DNA of 64,000 nucleotides from Escherichia phage pEC-M719-6WT.2, in the sequence record OQ845958.1, one strand, 5' to 3'. This document shows positions 45,130 to 53,506 of the stretch, in pieces. The notes under the pieces were generated by a model that saw only the letters and a list, made by a program, of their open reading frames with translations, was not told the origin of the DNA and searched no databases. Numbering within the stretch: position 1 is the first letter of the stretch; every line of letters starts with the position of its first letter. Position numbers and translations under genes: made by a program.

Positions 45130-45426
45130 ATGTACTACGCATATGTGCTGGTCCACAAAGATAAAGATGGTTTTGAACACCCATTGGAGTATGATGGAAA
45201 GGTTACCTTATACACCACAAAAGTGGGCGCAGAATATGAACTTGCCAACTATTCATATACTACAAGCCGCTATTTACGCATGGGACGTATTGAAACAGTA
45301 TGCACACCTAGAAAATGGTGGTTTGATAAGTGGGAAACAAAAACTGTTTTTCCTACTGAAGAACACGCACGAGAATTGAAATTAATTTTAGATACTTTAT
45401 ATGTTAAGCGAGTAAAATTGGCATGA
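45130..45426 (+). CDS. hypothetical protein (dda.1 position)
   Basis: 98 aa from ATG 45130. Confidence 0.4.
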   Translation: MYYAYVLVHKDKDGFEHPLEYDGKVTLYTTKVGAEYELANYSYTTSRYLRMGRIETVCTPRKWWFDKWETKTVFPTEEHARELKLILDTLYVKRVKLA

Positions 45427-46751
45427 TTAAATTTGAAGACTTGAACACAGGACAAAAAGAAGCTTTTGATTATATTACTGAAGCTATTCAGCGACGTTCA
45501 GGGGAATGTATCACTCTGAATGGTCCAGCTGGCACAGGTAAGACCACTCTGACAAAATTTGTCATTGACCACTTAGTGCGTAATGGAGTTATGGGAATTG
45601 TGCTTGCTGCACCAACTCACCAGGCGAAAAAAGTTTTATCTAAATTGTCTGGTCAAACAGCGAATACAATCCATAGTATCTTGAAGATTAACCCAACGAC
45701 ATATGAAGACCAAAACGTTTTTGAACAGCGCGAAATGCCTGACATGTCAAAATGCAATGTTCTGGTTTGTGATGAAGCAAGTATGTATGACGGGTCTCTG
45801 TTTAAGATTATTCTTAACTCTGTTCCTGAATGGTGCACTATTCTTGGAATTGGTGATATGCACCAGCTGCAGCCGGTTGACCCAGGAAGCACACAGCAAA
45901 AGATAAGCCCGTTCTTTACGCATCCTAAGTTCAAACAGATTCATCTGACTGAGGTCATGCGAAGCAATGCTCCTATCATTGAAGTGGCGACAGAAATTCG
46001 CAATGGCGGCTGGTTTCGCGACTGTATGTATGAAGGCCATGGTGTGCAAGGTTTCACCTCACAAACCGCTTTAAAGGATTTCATGGTAAACTATTTCAGT
46101 ATTGTAAAAGATGCTGATATGTTGATGGAAAACAGGATGTATGCATACACGAATAAATCAGTTGAAAAACTGAACAATATTATTCGTCGCAAGCTCTATG
46201 AAACGGATAAAGCATTTTTACCGTATGAAGTCCTGGTTATGCAAGAGCCGCACATGAAAGAGTTGGAATTTGAAGGTAAGAAATTCAGCGAAACCATTTT
46301 TAATAATGGTCAGTTGGTTCGCATCAAGGATTGCAAATACACTTCCACCATTCTCCGTTGTAAAGGCGAATCGCACCAGTTAGTGATTAATTACTGGGAC
46401 CTGGAAGTTGAGTCAATTGATGAAGATGAAGAATATCAGGTTGACCGCATCAAAGTTTTACCAGAAGACCAGCAACCAAAATTCCAGGCATATCTGGCGA
46501 AAGTTGCTGACACATACAAACAGATGAAAGCCGCTGGTAAACGTCCAGAGTGGAAAGACTTCTGGAAAGCGCGCAGGACCTTCTTGAAAGTCCGTGCTCT
46601 TCCGGTCAGTACAATCCACAAGGCCCAAGGCGTTTCAGTGGACAAAGCATTCATCTATACTCCATGCATCCATATGGCCGAAGCTTCATTAGCGAGCCAG
46701 TTGGCTTATGTAGGAATCACACGAGCGAGGTACGACGCATATTATGTATAA
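45423..46751 (+). CDS. dda: DNA helicase Dda (SF1B)
   Basis: 442 aa; Walker A GPAGTGKTT; C-terminal motifs of SF1B helicases. Confidence 0.9.
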   Translation: MIKFEDLNTGQKEAFDYITEAIQRRSGECITLNGPAGTGKTTLTKFVIDHLVRNGVMGIVLAAPTHQAKKVLSKLSGQTANTIHSILKINPTTYEDQNVFEQREMPDMSKCNVLVCDEASMYDGSLFKIILNSVPEWCTILGIGDMHQLQPVDPGSTQQKISPFFTHPKFKQIHLTEVMRSNAPIIEVATEIRNGGWFRDCMYEGHGVQGFTSQTALKDFMVNYFSIVKDADMLMENRMYAYTNKSVEKLNNIIRRKLYETDKAFLPYEVLVMQEPHMKELEFEGKKFSETIFNNGQLVRIKDCKYTSTILRCKGESHQLVINYWDLEVESIDEDEEYQVDRIKVLPEDQQPKFQAYLAKVADTYKQMKAAGKRPEWKDFWKARRTFLKVRALPVSTIHKAQGVSVDKAFIYTPCIHMAEASLASQLAYVGITRARYDAYYV

Positions 46752-46983
46752 AGTACATAAAGAAGATTTAGATAATCTTATCTATGGTATTCAGGACGCG
46801 GTTGAATTTTTCGAAGATAATCCGACTATCGTCGTGCAGGGTAATTACGTTTTGCTGGAACTGAATCTTATTCGGAAACGTATGGCCGCGATTGAATATT
46901 TTAACAATGAAGAGCCAGGGATTTTTATCTCCGACTATGTTGCTGGTGAAATTCAAAAATTAAAAGAGATGTGCGATGATTGA
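46744..46983 (+). CDS. hypothetical protein
   Basis: 79 aa. Confidence 0.4.
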   Translation: MYKVHKEDLDNLIYGIQDAVEFFEDNPTIVVQGNYVLLELNLIRKRMAAIEYFNNEEPGIFISDYVAGEIQKLKEMCDD

Positions 46984-47659
46984 TGCTATTATTGACTTTG
47001 AAACTCTGGGAAACGGCTCGAAGGGAGCCGTTATTGACCTGGCTCTGATTACATTCGAATCTGACCCTGCTATTGTGGAATCATTCGAAACCCTGGTTAA
47101 TCGCGGCAAACGTATCAAGTTTAGCCTTGAATACCAAAAAGGTAAGCGTCTGTTCGATACAACAACCATGGGTTGGTGGAAAAAGCAATCAGCAGAAGCC
47201 CGTGTTAACTTGGCTCCTTCTGCGCAAGATGTTGATACTCTGACCGGTATCCAACAGGCAATTGATTATCTGAATGGTAATGGAATTAACAAATACGAAA
47301 GCCTTATGTGGTGTCGTGGAATGTCTTTTGACTTCCCGTTGTTTGTTGACCTTATCCGTGACCTACAGCGCAATGAGGGTATTCCCGAGCGTGAATTGAA
47401 TACCTATGGCCTGGAGCCAGTTGTATTCTGGAACCAGCGAGATATCAGGACAGCAATCGAAGCCCTATCACTCGTCCGTAAGATGTGTGAAACTCCATTA
47501 CCAAAGGGGACTTTAGATGGATTTGTGGCGCATGATTCGGTGCATGACTGCGCGAAAGATATTTTGATGCTTAAGTATGCCCAGCGCTATGCTCTTGGTT
47601 TGGATGAAGTTCCTTCCGAAGAAGATGCAGACCCGTTATCTTTACCGAAAAAACGATAA
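46976..47659 (+). CDS. dexA: exonuclease A (DEDDh 3-prime to 5-prime exonuclease)
   Basis: 227 aa (same as T4 DexA); DFETLG Exo I motif and HDSVHDCAKD Exo III motif. Confidence 0.85.
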   Translation: MIDAIIDFETLGNGSKGAVIDLALITFESDPAIVESFETLVNRGKRIKFSLEYQKGKRLFDTTTMGWWKKQSAEARVNLAPSAQDVDTLTGIQQAIDYLNGNGINKYESLMWCRGMSFDFPLFVDLIRDLQRNEGIPERELNTYGLEPVVFWNQRDIRTAIEALSLVRKMCETPLPKGTLDGFVAHDSVHDCAKDILMLKYAQRYALGLDEVPSEEDADPLSLPKKR

Positions 47660-47665
47660 AAAGTA

Positions 47666-47695
47666 GTGTACAAGGCCAATGGAAAGAGACATAAT
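47666..47695 (+). promoter_or_regulatory. early promoter (GTGTACA, 17 nt, CATAAT)
   Basis: followed by conserved leader CATCTCATCAACTACTGATGAGG. Confidence 0.5.
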
Positions 47696-47726
47696 CATCT
47701 CATCAACTACTGATGAGGATAACAAA

Positions 47727-47984
47727 ATGATTACTTCTTTTGAAATTGGCCAACAATATGAAATGTCTGCTCTTCAAGCTGCTGAAGCAGGTCTGACTGA
47801 AGCGTTTGAATGTGCATTTACAAATATTCGTGGTAAAATCTTTACTGTCAATAAAATTGCGGTATATGATAAAGAAACAGACATGAACAAAGGCATCTAC
47901 TTGAACGTGTCAAACGCAAAAGGCCGTCGTGAAATTATGGTTGTACAACCTAACCAACTGGCGATGTTCAATAAGGTTACATAA
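47727..47984 (+). CDS. hypothetical protein
   Basis: 85 aa from ATG 47727. Confidence 0.4.
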   Translation: MITSFEIGQQYEMSALQAAEAGLTEAFECAFTNIRGKIFTVNKIAVYDKETDMNKGIYLNVSNAKGRREIMVVQPNQLAMFNKVT

Positions 47985-48736
47985 TGAAACCAGAATTTAT
48001 TGACTTTGATGTTGTAAGCATGTATGTTCGCCCAATTAAACCATTAAAACTTGAGAAACAAAATATGACTATTGAAATTAACAAAACTTATCAACTGATT
48101 GAACCTATTATTCAAAACGCAGCTATGGTTTCTGGGTATAATACTCTGACTGATGCTTTAGGCGAAGGTGAATTTATTGTTGAAACTTTTGTAAAAAGTA
48201 ACTGGTTTGATAAAGCATATATTTTGCATGCACGTCGCCTTGATACAAATGAAGTAGAAAAAATTATGGTTTATGAAGCTGAGATTGAACTCTTCAAAGA
48301 AGTTGAAGAAACTCCTATCAAAGTTGACAAAACCTATCAACTTGTTGGATATGGTGATTTTGATAATACTAATGCATTGAATGCCGGTTGGCGCGTACTG
48401 AAAGGTATTTTTGGATTTGCTCCATTTACCGTTAAAACAGTTAAGTACCACAATCACCAAAGCATCTTTGAATTTACTGCGGTCAATGAATCAGGTGACA
48501 ATCTTGAAGCCATCCTTTATCCGCGTGAATCTGTACTGCTGGAAGAAGTTAGCGAACTGGGTGACCCTATTGACTTGTTATGCAAACCAGTTCAAATCAA
48601 ACGCCCATTTAACAGTTCCATTTGTGGTTGGGTAACAGACCAGTGGATTGAAGATGGTGTTGAACTCCTGAACGTTGTCCATGCTGGTGAATTTACTGTT
48701 GTACCACGTTCTATGGTTGTTGAAATTTTTAATTAA
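47984..48736 (+). CDS. hypothetical protein with internal repeat and conserved C-terminal domain
   Basis: 250 aa; C-terminal 40 aa homologous to the next gene. Confidence 0.5.
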   Translation: MKPEFIDFDVVSMYVRPIKPLKLEKQNMTIEINKTYQLIEPIIQNAAMVSGYNTLTDALGEGEFIVETFVKSNWFDKAYILHARRLDTNEVEKIMVYEAEIELFKEVEETPIKVDKTYQLVGYGDFDNTNALNAGWRVLKGIFGFAPFTVKTVKYHNHQSIFEFTAVNESGDNLEAILYPRESVLLEEVSELGDPIDLLCKPVQIKRPFNSSICGWVTDQWIEDGVELLNVVHAGEFTVVPRSMVVEIFN

Positions 48737-48743
48737 ATTTAAA

Positions 48744-48779
48744 GTGTACAAACTCTTGGGGTCAGAGTATAATGACCCC
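48744..48779 (+). promoter_or_regulatory. early promoter with -10 inside palindrome (44-bp exact copy of 59953-59996)
   Basis: GTGTACA, 17 nt, TATAAT; GGGGTCA/TGACCCC arms flank the -10. Confidence 0.5.
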
Positions 48780-48815
48780 ACTGGAGAATAAACTTATTAA
48801 CCAAGAGAGAAAATT

Positions 48816-49370
48816 ATGAAAGTTGAAGCTGGTGATATTGTACGTGTTTCTAAAGAATCTCGTTCTAAAGCTGCTGGTCGTTTTGTTGAGGTTGCGGGTC
48901 TTCGCACTAATTTAGTAGGTGGAATTAAAGAAGTTAAAGTGCGTATCATTCCTAAAAATGGTCAGACTGAAACTCAATTGGCTTATGTGCATCCTAAATT
49001 CCTGGAATCAACCGAATTTACTGGATATATCGCTCCTGTGTCTGAGGAAGTTGAATCCCATGATGGATATGTGTGCGAAAGCAATGATATCCGTGGTGTA
49101 ATTGCTCAAGACGTTGAAACCATTGACCAGTCTCATGTTGGGGTTGATTTTAAATGGAAATTGGGCAAAGGTGTCTTTTTTGTTTCACCTAAACCGTTTG
49201 AATACAATTGCATGTACGGTCCGACTTATGAAACCACTAGCATGTCTGGTTACATCACAGACCAGTGGGTTGAAGAAGGTGTCAAACTGTATAATATCGT
49301 ATTCCTTGGAACCTTTAAGGTTGTTCCTGAGAGCTTTATCGTTGAGTATGCCGATATTCATTTTGCCTAA
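48816..49370 (+). CDS. hypothetical protein, paralog of 47984-48736 C-terminal domain
   Basis: 184 aa; ...SGYITDQWVEEGVKLYNIVFLGTFKVVPESFIVE. Confidence 0.5.
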   Translation: MKVEAGDIVRVSKESRSKAAGRFVEVAGLRTNLVGGIKEVKVRIIPKNGQTETQLAYVHPKFLESTEFTGYIAPVSEEVESHDGYVCESNDIRGVIAQDVETIDQSHVGVDFKWKLGKGVFFVSPKPFEYNCMYGPTYETTSMSGYITDQWVEEGVKLYNIVFLGTFKVVPESFIVEYADIHFA

Positions 49371-49418
49371 ATTATAAAAATGATAGGGTAATTTTGCCCT
49401 ATCAATGAGGAGAATATT

Positions 49419-49643
49419 ATGTTTAATGAAGATTGTGTGACCACTTCCCTGACTGCTGAAGAGTTTTGGGACACTGCCGAAAGTGATAAAGTGATTGTGA
49501 AGAAAAACATCAATGAATTTCTTTGCACCACTGATATCATTTATGTGTATGCAGACAAAGACGCAGAACTACCTAGCTATGCGCTGTTCCGCGAAGAATC
49601 AGAAGATGGTACAGATTTTTGGAAGGAGATTTATAATGTCTAA
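49419..49643 (+). CDS. acidic hypothetical protein
   Basis: 74 aa. Confidence 0.4.
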   Translation: MFNEDCVTTSLTAEEFWDTAESDKVIVKKNINEFLCTTDIIYVYADKDAELPSYALFREESEDGTDFWKEIYNV

Positions 49644-50007
49644 ATTTGAAACTGATAAGTGGTATTATTTTAAAGATAATGTTGCTGAAAGCAGATTCCG
49701 TTTGTTATGCACAGATAATGATAATATAGCCAATGCTATAATCAATGGCGAGGGATTTAGACCAGTCAGAATTGAAGATGGTGATGTGTATAAAATGGAA
49801 TTATCAACTGGTGAATTTGTGAGCCTATTCATAAAGGAAGACGAATTCCGTTTCTTTGAAGAAGAAAAAGATGACGATACTGAAGATGAATGCGAAGACG
49901 CAGCTCCATCTGAGCCAAGCGAATTCCCTTTGACTAAAATCACCATCTCTAATAACTCCGAAGCCTGGACCGTTTACCAGATGTTGAAAGCACACTTTAA
50001 GGAATAA
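49636..50007 (+). CDS. acidic hypothetical protein
   Basis: 123 aa from ATG 49636 (SD GGAGAT); D/E-rich C-terminal half. Confidence 0.4.
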   Translation: MSKFETDKWYYFKDNVAESRFRLLCTDNDNIANAIINGEGFRPVRIEDGDVYKMELSTGEFVSLFIKEDEFRFFEEEKDDDTEDECEDAAPSEPSEFPLTKITISNNSEAWTVYQMLKAHFKE

Positions 50008-50008
50008 C

Positions 50009-50185
50009 ATGCCACTTTATGATTACAAATGTCAATCCAATGACTGCGCGAAAGAATACGAAAAAATCAAGAAAATCTCTGAAAGAGATAATGATGTTTG
50101 TCCTGATTGCCATCGGCTGGCTGTTCGGTTAGTCTCGGCCCCTAAACATGTTAATGGCGGTTTTTACGACCTGCTGACTAAGTGA
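50009..50185 (+). CDS. FmdB-type zinc-ribbon protein (58 aa)
   Basis: hand-translated MPLYDYKCQSNDCAKEYE...CPDCHRL: N-terminal YxCxxC plus second CxxC as in FmdB-family regulators; below the track size cutoff. Confidence 0.45.
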   Translation: MPLYDYKCQSNDCAKEYEKIKKISERDNDVCPDCHRLAVRLVSAPKHVNGGFYDLLTK

Positions 50186-50191
50186 GAAATT

Positions 50192-50452
50192 ATGAAATAC
50201 ATTAATCGTTCTATTGCAGCGCTGGTGCTGGCGGTTTCATTAGCTGGTTGTACTGATGCAGATAACGCCATTCGTGTATTAGATGCAAACGGCTATGAGC
50301 AAATCCAAATCACCGGATATAATTGGTTCTCTTGTGGTAAAGATGATTTCCAACACACAGGCTTTACGGCCGTGGGTCCAACTGGTAAGAAAGTTGAAGG
50401 AACTGTTTGTTCTGGTTTGTTGTTCAAGAATTCAACCATCCGATTTGAATGA
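50192..50452 (+). CDS. lipoprotein
   Basis: 86 aa; signal peptide with lipobox LAGC. Confidence 0.5.
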   Translation: MKYINRSIAALVLAVSLAGCTDADNAIRVLDANGYEQIQITGYNWFSCGKDDFQHTGFTAVGPTGKKVEGTVCSGLLFKNSTIRFE

Positions 50453-50459
50453 GGATATT

Positions 50460-50861
50460 ATGTTTAAAATTGGAAAGAGTTATTGCATTAAAGATTTAGA
50501 TGGCTTCCTTAAACATGTCGGTATGCCCGGTTGCATTTTGAACCAGCAAGGAACCTCTATCATTGATTTGATTACTACCAAAGAGTTTTCAGTCACCAAG
50601 ATGGAAGCAAATGTTGTGACGGAATTTAGTACTATCGATGGAACTGGATTTTCTTTCCATAGTCGTAATGGAACCGGTCTTATTTTTGGTGATGAATTTA
50701 AATATTTTGAAGAAACCCCAAAGGAATGTGATTCTGAAATAACCGAACAGGAATCAAAAGAGGATATTGTTGTTACCGGTGGCGATGTTATTATTACGGT
50801 TAAAACTGAAGCCGGGCGCCTACAAGCTATTAAAATGTTAGAGCAGCTTCGATTCAAATAA
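50460..50861 (+). CDS. hypothetical protein
   Basis: 133 aa from ATG 50460 (SD GAGGA). Confidence 0.45.
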   Translation: MFKIGKSYCIKDLDGFLKHVGMPGCILNQQGTSIIDLITTKEFSVTKMEANVVTEFSTIDGTGFSFHSRNGTGLIFGDEFKYFEETPKECDSEITEQESKEDIVVTGGDVIITVKTEAGRLQAIKMLEQLRFK

Positions 50862-50881
50862 AAGGCCTTCGGGCCTTTTTG
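50861..50881 (+). terminator. rho-independent terminator
   Basis: GGCC-TTCG-GGCC hairpin plus T5. Confidence 0.6.
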
Positions 50882-50926
50882 CTTTAAAATATGTGACTTA
50901 TAATACCTCCATACACAAGAGGAAAG

Positions 50927-52759
50927 ATGATGATTAATAATGAAATTAAAGTACTCTCGGACGTCGAGCATATCAAAAAACGTTCCGGGATGTATATTGG
51001 TTCCAGTTCAAATGAAGCGCATGAGCGATTCTTGTTTGGTGAATATAAGTCCGTAAGCTATGTTCCTGGTATTGTAAAACTGATTGATGAAATTATCGAT
51101 AACTCTGTTGATGAAGCAATTCGCACCAGTTTTAAATTTGCCAATAAAATTGATGTCCAAATTAAAGATAATCAGATTTCGGTTTCCGATAATGGCCGTG
51201 GTATTCCACAAGCAATGGTTACAGACCAAAACGGTGAACAAATCCCTGGCCCGGTTGCAGCATGGACTATTCCAAAAGCAGGTGGTAACTTCGGTGATGA
51301 TGCTGAACGTAAAACTGGTGGGATGAATGGCGTCGGGTCTTCTCTGACCAATATTTTCTCTGTATTGTTCACCGGGATTACTGCCGACGGCACAAATGAA
51401 ATCACCGTTAACTGCTCCAATGGTATGGAAAACAAAGGTTGGTCTACCAAGAAATCTAAGGGTAAAGGTACAACTGTTATTTTTGTTCCGGACTTCAGTC
51501 ACTTTGAAGAAAATAGCCTGTCCCAGATTTATCTGGATATTACATTGGACCGTCTGCAGACTCTTGCGGTTGTTTATCCGGATATTCAGTTTACCTTTAA
51601 TGGTAAAAAGGTTGATGGCAATTTCAAGAAGTTCGCCAAGCAATTCGGAACCGAAGTTGTTATCCAGGAAACTGATACAGTATCGATGGCCTTTACGACT
51701 AGCCCGGATGGTTTCCGCCAGTTGACTTATGTCAACAACATTCATACAAAGAATGGTGGGCACCACGTTGAATGTGTTATGGATGATATCTGTGAACATC
51801 TTCAGCCAGCCATTAAACGCAAATATAAAGGCATTGAGGTGACAAAGGCACGAGTTAAAGAATGCCTCACCATGCTTATGTTCATTCGCGATATGAGCAA
51901 CATGCGATTTGATTCCCAGACTAAGGAGCGATTGACTTCTCCGGCTGGTGAAATTCGAAATCACATTAAGATTGATGCCAAGAAAATCGCACAAGCTATT
52001 CTGAAAAATGAACCACTGATTATGCCGATTGTTGAAGCTGCATTAGCCCGTAAATTGGCTGCAGAGAAAGCAGCAGAGACCAAGGCGAATAAGAAAGCTT
52101 CAAAGGCCAAGGTGCAAAAGCATATCAAGGCCAACGAATGGGGCAATGATAAGCTGGAAACGACTCTATTCCTGACCGAAGGTGATTCTGCAACCGGTCC
52201 ATTTATCAAGGTCCGCGACCGTGAATTACAAGGTGCTTATCCGTTACGTGGTAAGTTCAAAAACACATGGGGTCTGAAAGCTGTTGACGTTATGAAGAAC
52301 GCCGAAGCCTTTGATGTGTGTGCGATTACTGGTTTAACGATTGGACAACCGGCCGAGAATATGAATTACCGAAACATTGCTATCATGACAGATGCGGATG
52401 TGGATGGTGTCGGTAGTATCTATCCATCGTTATTGGCGTTTTTCAGTAACTGGCCAGAGCTGTTCCATGAAGGACGAATTCGCTTTGTGAAAACTCCTGT
52501 TATTATTGCGCAGCTCAAAGATAAACAAGAATGGTTCTATTCTCTTCCTGACTATGAAGAAGCTAAGGATAAACTTCCGAAGCACACCATCCGATATATC
52601 AAGGGGCTTGGTTCTCTGGAAGATGCCGAGTACAAACGCGTATTGCTCGAACCAGTATTCGAAGTTGTTCAATTGCCCGACAACTGGAAAGAACTGTTCG
52701 AAATGCTCTTCGGTAAAGATTCCCAGCAGCGTAAAGATTGGATGAATGCGACACTATAA
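50927..52759 (+). CDS. 39: DNA topoisomerase II large (ATPase) subunit, fused gp39+gp60 form
   Basis: 610 aa; GyrB-like ATPase N-domain and toprim region; length about T4 gp39 (about 519) plus gp60 (about 160). Confidence 0.88.
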   Translation: MMINNEIKVLSDVEHIKKRSGMYIGSSSNEAHERFLFGEYKSVSYVPGIVKLIDEIIDNSVDEAIRTSFKFANKIDVQIKDNQISVSDNGRGIPQAMVTDQNGEQIPGPVAAWTIPKAGGNFGDDAERKTGGMNGVGSSLTNIFSVLFTGITADGTNEITVNCSNGMENKGWSTKKSKGKGTTVIFVPDFSHFEENSLSQIYLDITLDRLQTLAVVYPDIQFTFNGKKVDGNFKKFAKQFGTEVVIQETDTVSMAFTTSPDGFRQLTYVNNIHTKNGGHHVECVMDDICEHLQPAIKRKYKGIEVTKARVKECLTMLMFIRDMSNMRFDSQTKERLTSPAGEIRNHIKIDAKKIAQAILKNEPLIMPIVEAALARKLAAEKAAETKANKKASKAKVQKHIKANEWGNDKLETTLFLTEGDSATGPFIKVRDRELQGAYPLRGKFKNTWGLKAVDVMKNAEAFDVCAITGLTIGQPAENMNYRNIAIMTDADVDGVGSIYPSLLAFFSNWPELFHEGRIRFVKTPVIIAQLKDKQEWFYSLPDYEEAKDKLPKHTIRYIKGLGSLEDAEYKRVLLEPVFEVVQLPDNWKELFEMLFGKDSQQRKDWMNATL

Positions 52760-52762
52760 ATA
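52755..52762 (+). promoter_or_regulatory. T4-type late promoter (TATAAATA)
   Basis: exact octamer overlapping gene 39 stop; followed by hairpin CGGGAGAATATTCTCCCG and SD AGGAGA. Confidence 0.45.
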
Positions 52763-52801
52763 GATACGGGAGAATATTCTCCCGTCTTATAGGAGAAGTC
52801 C

Positions 52802-52954
52802 ATGAAAAAGTGGTGGGTTACGTTGTCAAATGGCGAATACGGTTATCTGTGGGCCGATACTAAACCTCTGTTTGCATCCTTTGTCACCATTATGTGCGAG
52901 ACTTGGGATGGCGAATACTATACCGCATATGGGCAAGTCTATAAAGTTGAGTAG
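52802..52954 (+). CDS. small W/Y-rich protein (50 aa)
   Basis: hand-translated; late promoter and SD upstream, terminator downstream. Confidence 0.35.
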   Translation: MKKWWVTLSNGEYGYLWADTKPLFASFVTIMCETWDGEYYTAYGQVYKVE

Positions 52955-52956
52955 CC

Positions 52957-52982
52957 AAAAGGACCTTCGGGTCCTTTTTTAT
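52957..52982 (+). terminator. rho-independent terminator
   Basis: GGACC-TTCG-GGTCC hairpin plus T6. Confidence 0.6.
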
Positions 52983-52983
52983 T

Positions 52984-53013
52984 ATGTACAAGCCACAAAA
53001 ATTGCGTTAAGAT
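52984..53013 (+). promoter_or_regulatory. early promoter (ATGTACA, 17 nt, TAAGAT)
   Basis: upstream of ATG 53031. Confidence 0.4.
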
Positions 53014-53030
53014 ATCCTTGAGGTGAACAT

Positions 53031-53315
53031 ATGATTATGTCTGACGGAAGTTTAGTTAATCTGCAGAATGTTGCACGTTGTATTATGGAAGCAGGTCTGA
53101 GGAAGGTACAGGAGCTCCCAGATAGCGACAGGAAGCGAAGTTACTTGTTGGCTGTAAGAGCATCAGCCATGAGCATTAAGGCTGGCCAGAAGGTTCCTGA
53201 GGAGCGAATTGAAGCACTCCTTGCATTGATATACCATGGCCAAGAACATAAAGCTACCATGCGTAGTATGAGAAAAATATTGCAGGAGATTGGAAATGAC
53301 AAACTTCAAAGTTAA
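53031..53315 (+). CDS. hypothetical protein
   Basis: 94 aa. Confidence 0.45.
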   Translation: MIMSDGSLVNLQNVARCIMEAGLRKVQELPDSDRKRSYLLAVRASAMSIKAGQKVPEERIEALLALIYHGQEHKATMRSMRKILQEIGNDKLQS

Positions 53316-53499
53316 TATGGAACTGTTTGATAAAGCTGTCCATAAAGAATACCGTGTTATCCAACGATTTTTTGATATAAGAGAAGCTGAAGAGTTTAAA
53401 GAACGCTTCAAAGAAATCCGTATTAAAATAGCTTCAGACACCGCAACAAAGGATGAACTTCTTGAAGTTGCAGAATTAATCAAACGTAACATAAAGTGA
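53296..53499 (+). CDS. hypothetical protein
   Basis: 67 aa from ATG 53296. Confidence 0.4.
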   Translation: MTNFKVNMELFDKAVHKEYRVIQRFFDIREAEEFKERFKEIRIKIASDTATKDELLEVAELIKRNIK

Positions 53500-53506
53500 G
53501 AAAAAC

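Noticed and set aside
51008-51994. 328 aa minus-strand ORF antisense to topoisomerase gene 39
   Set aside because: Same reasoning: antisense to a conserved gene, no RBS, no recognisable motifs.
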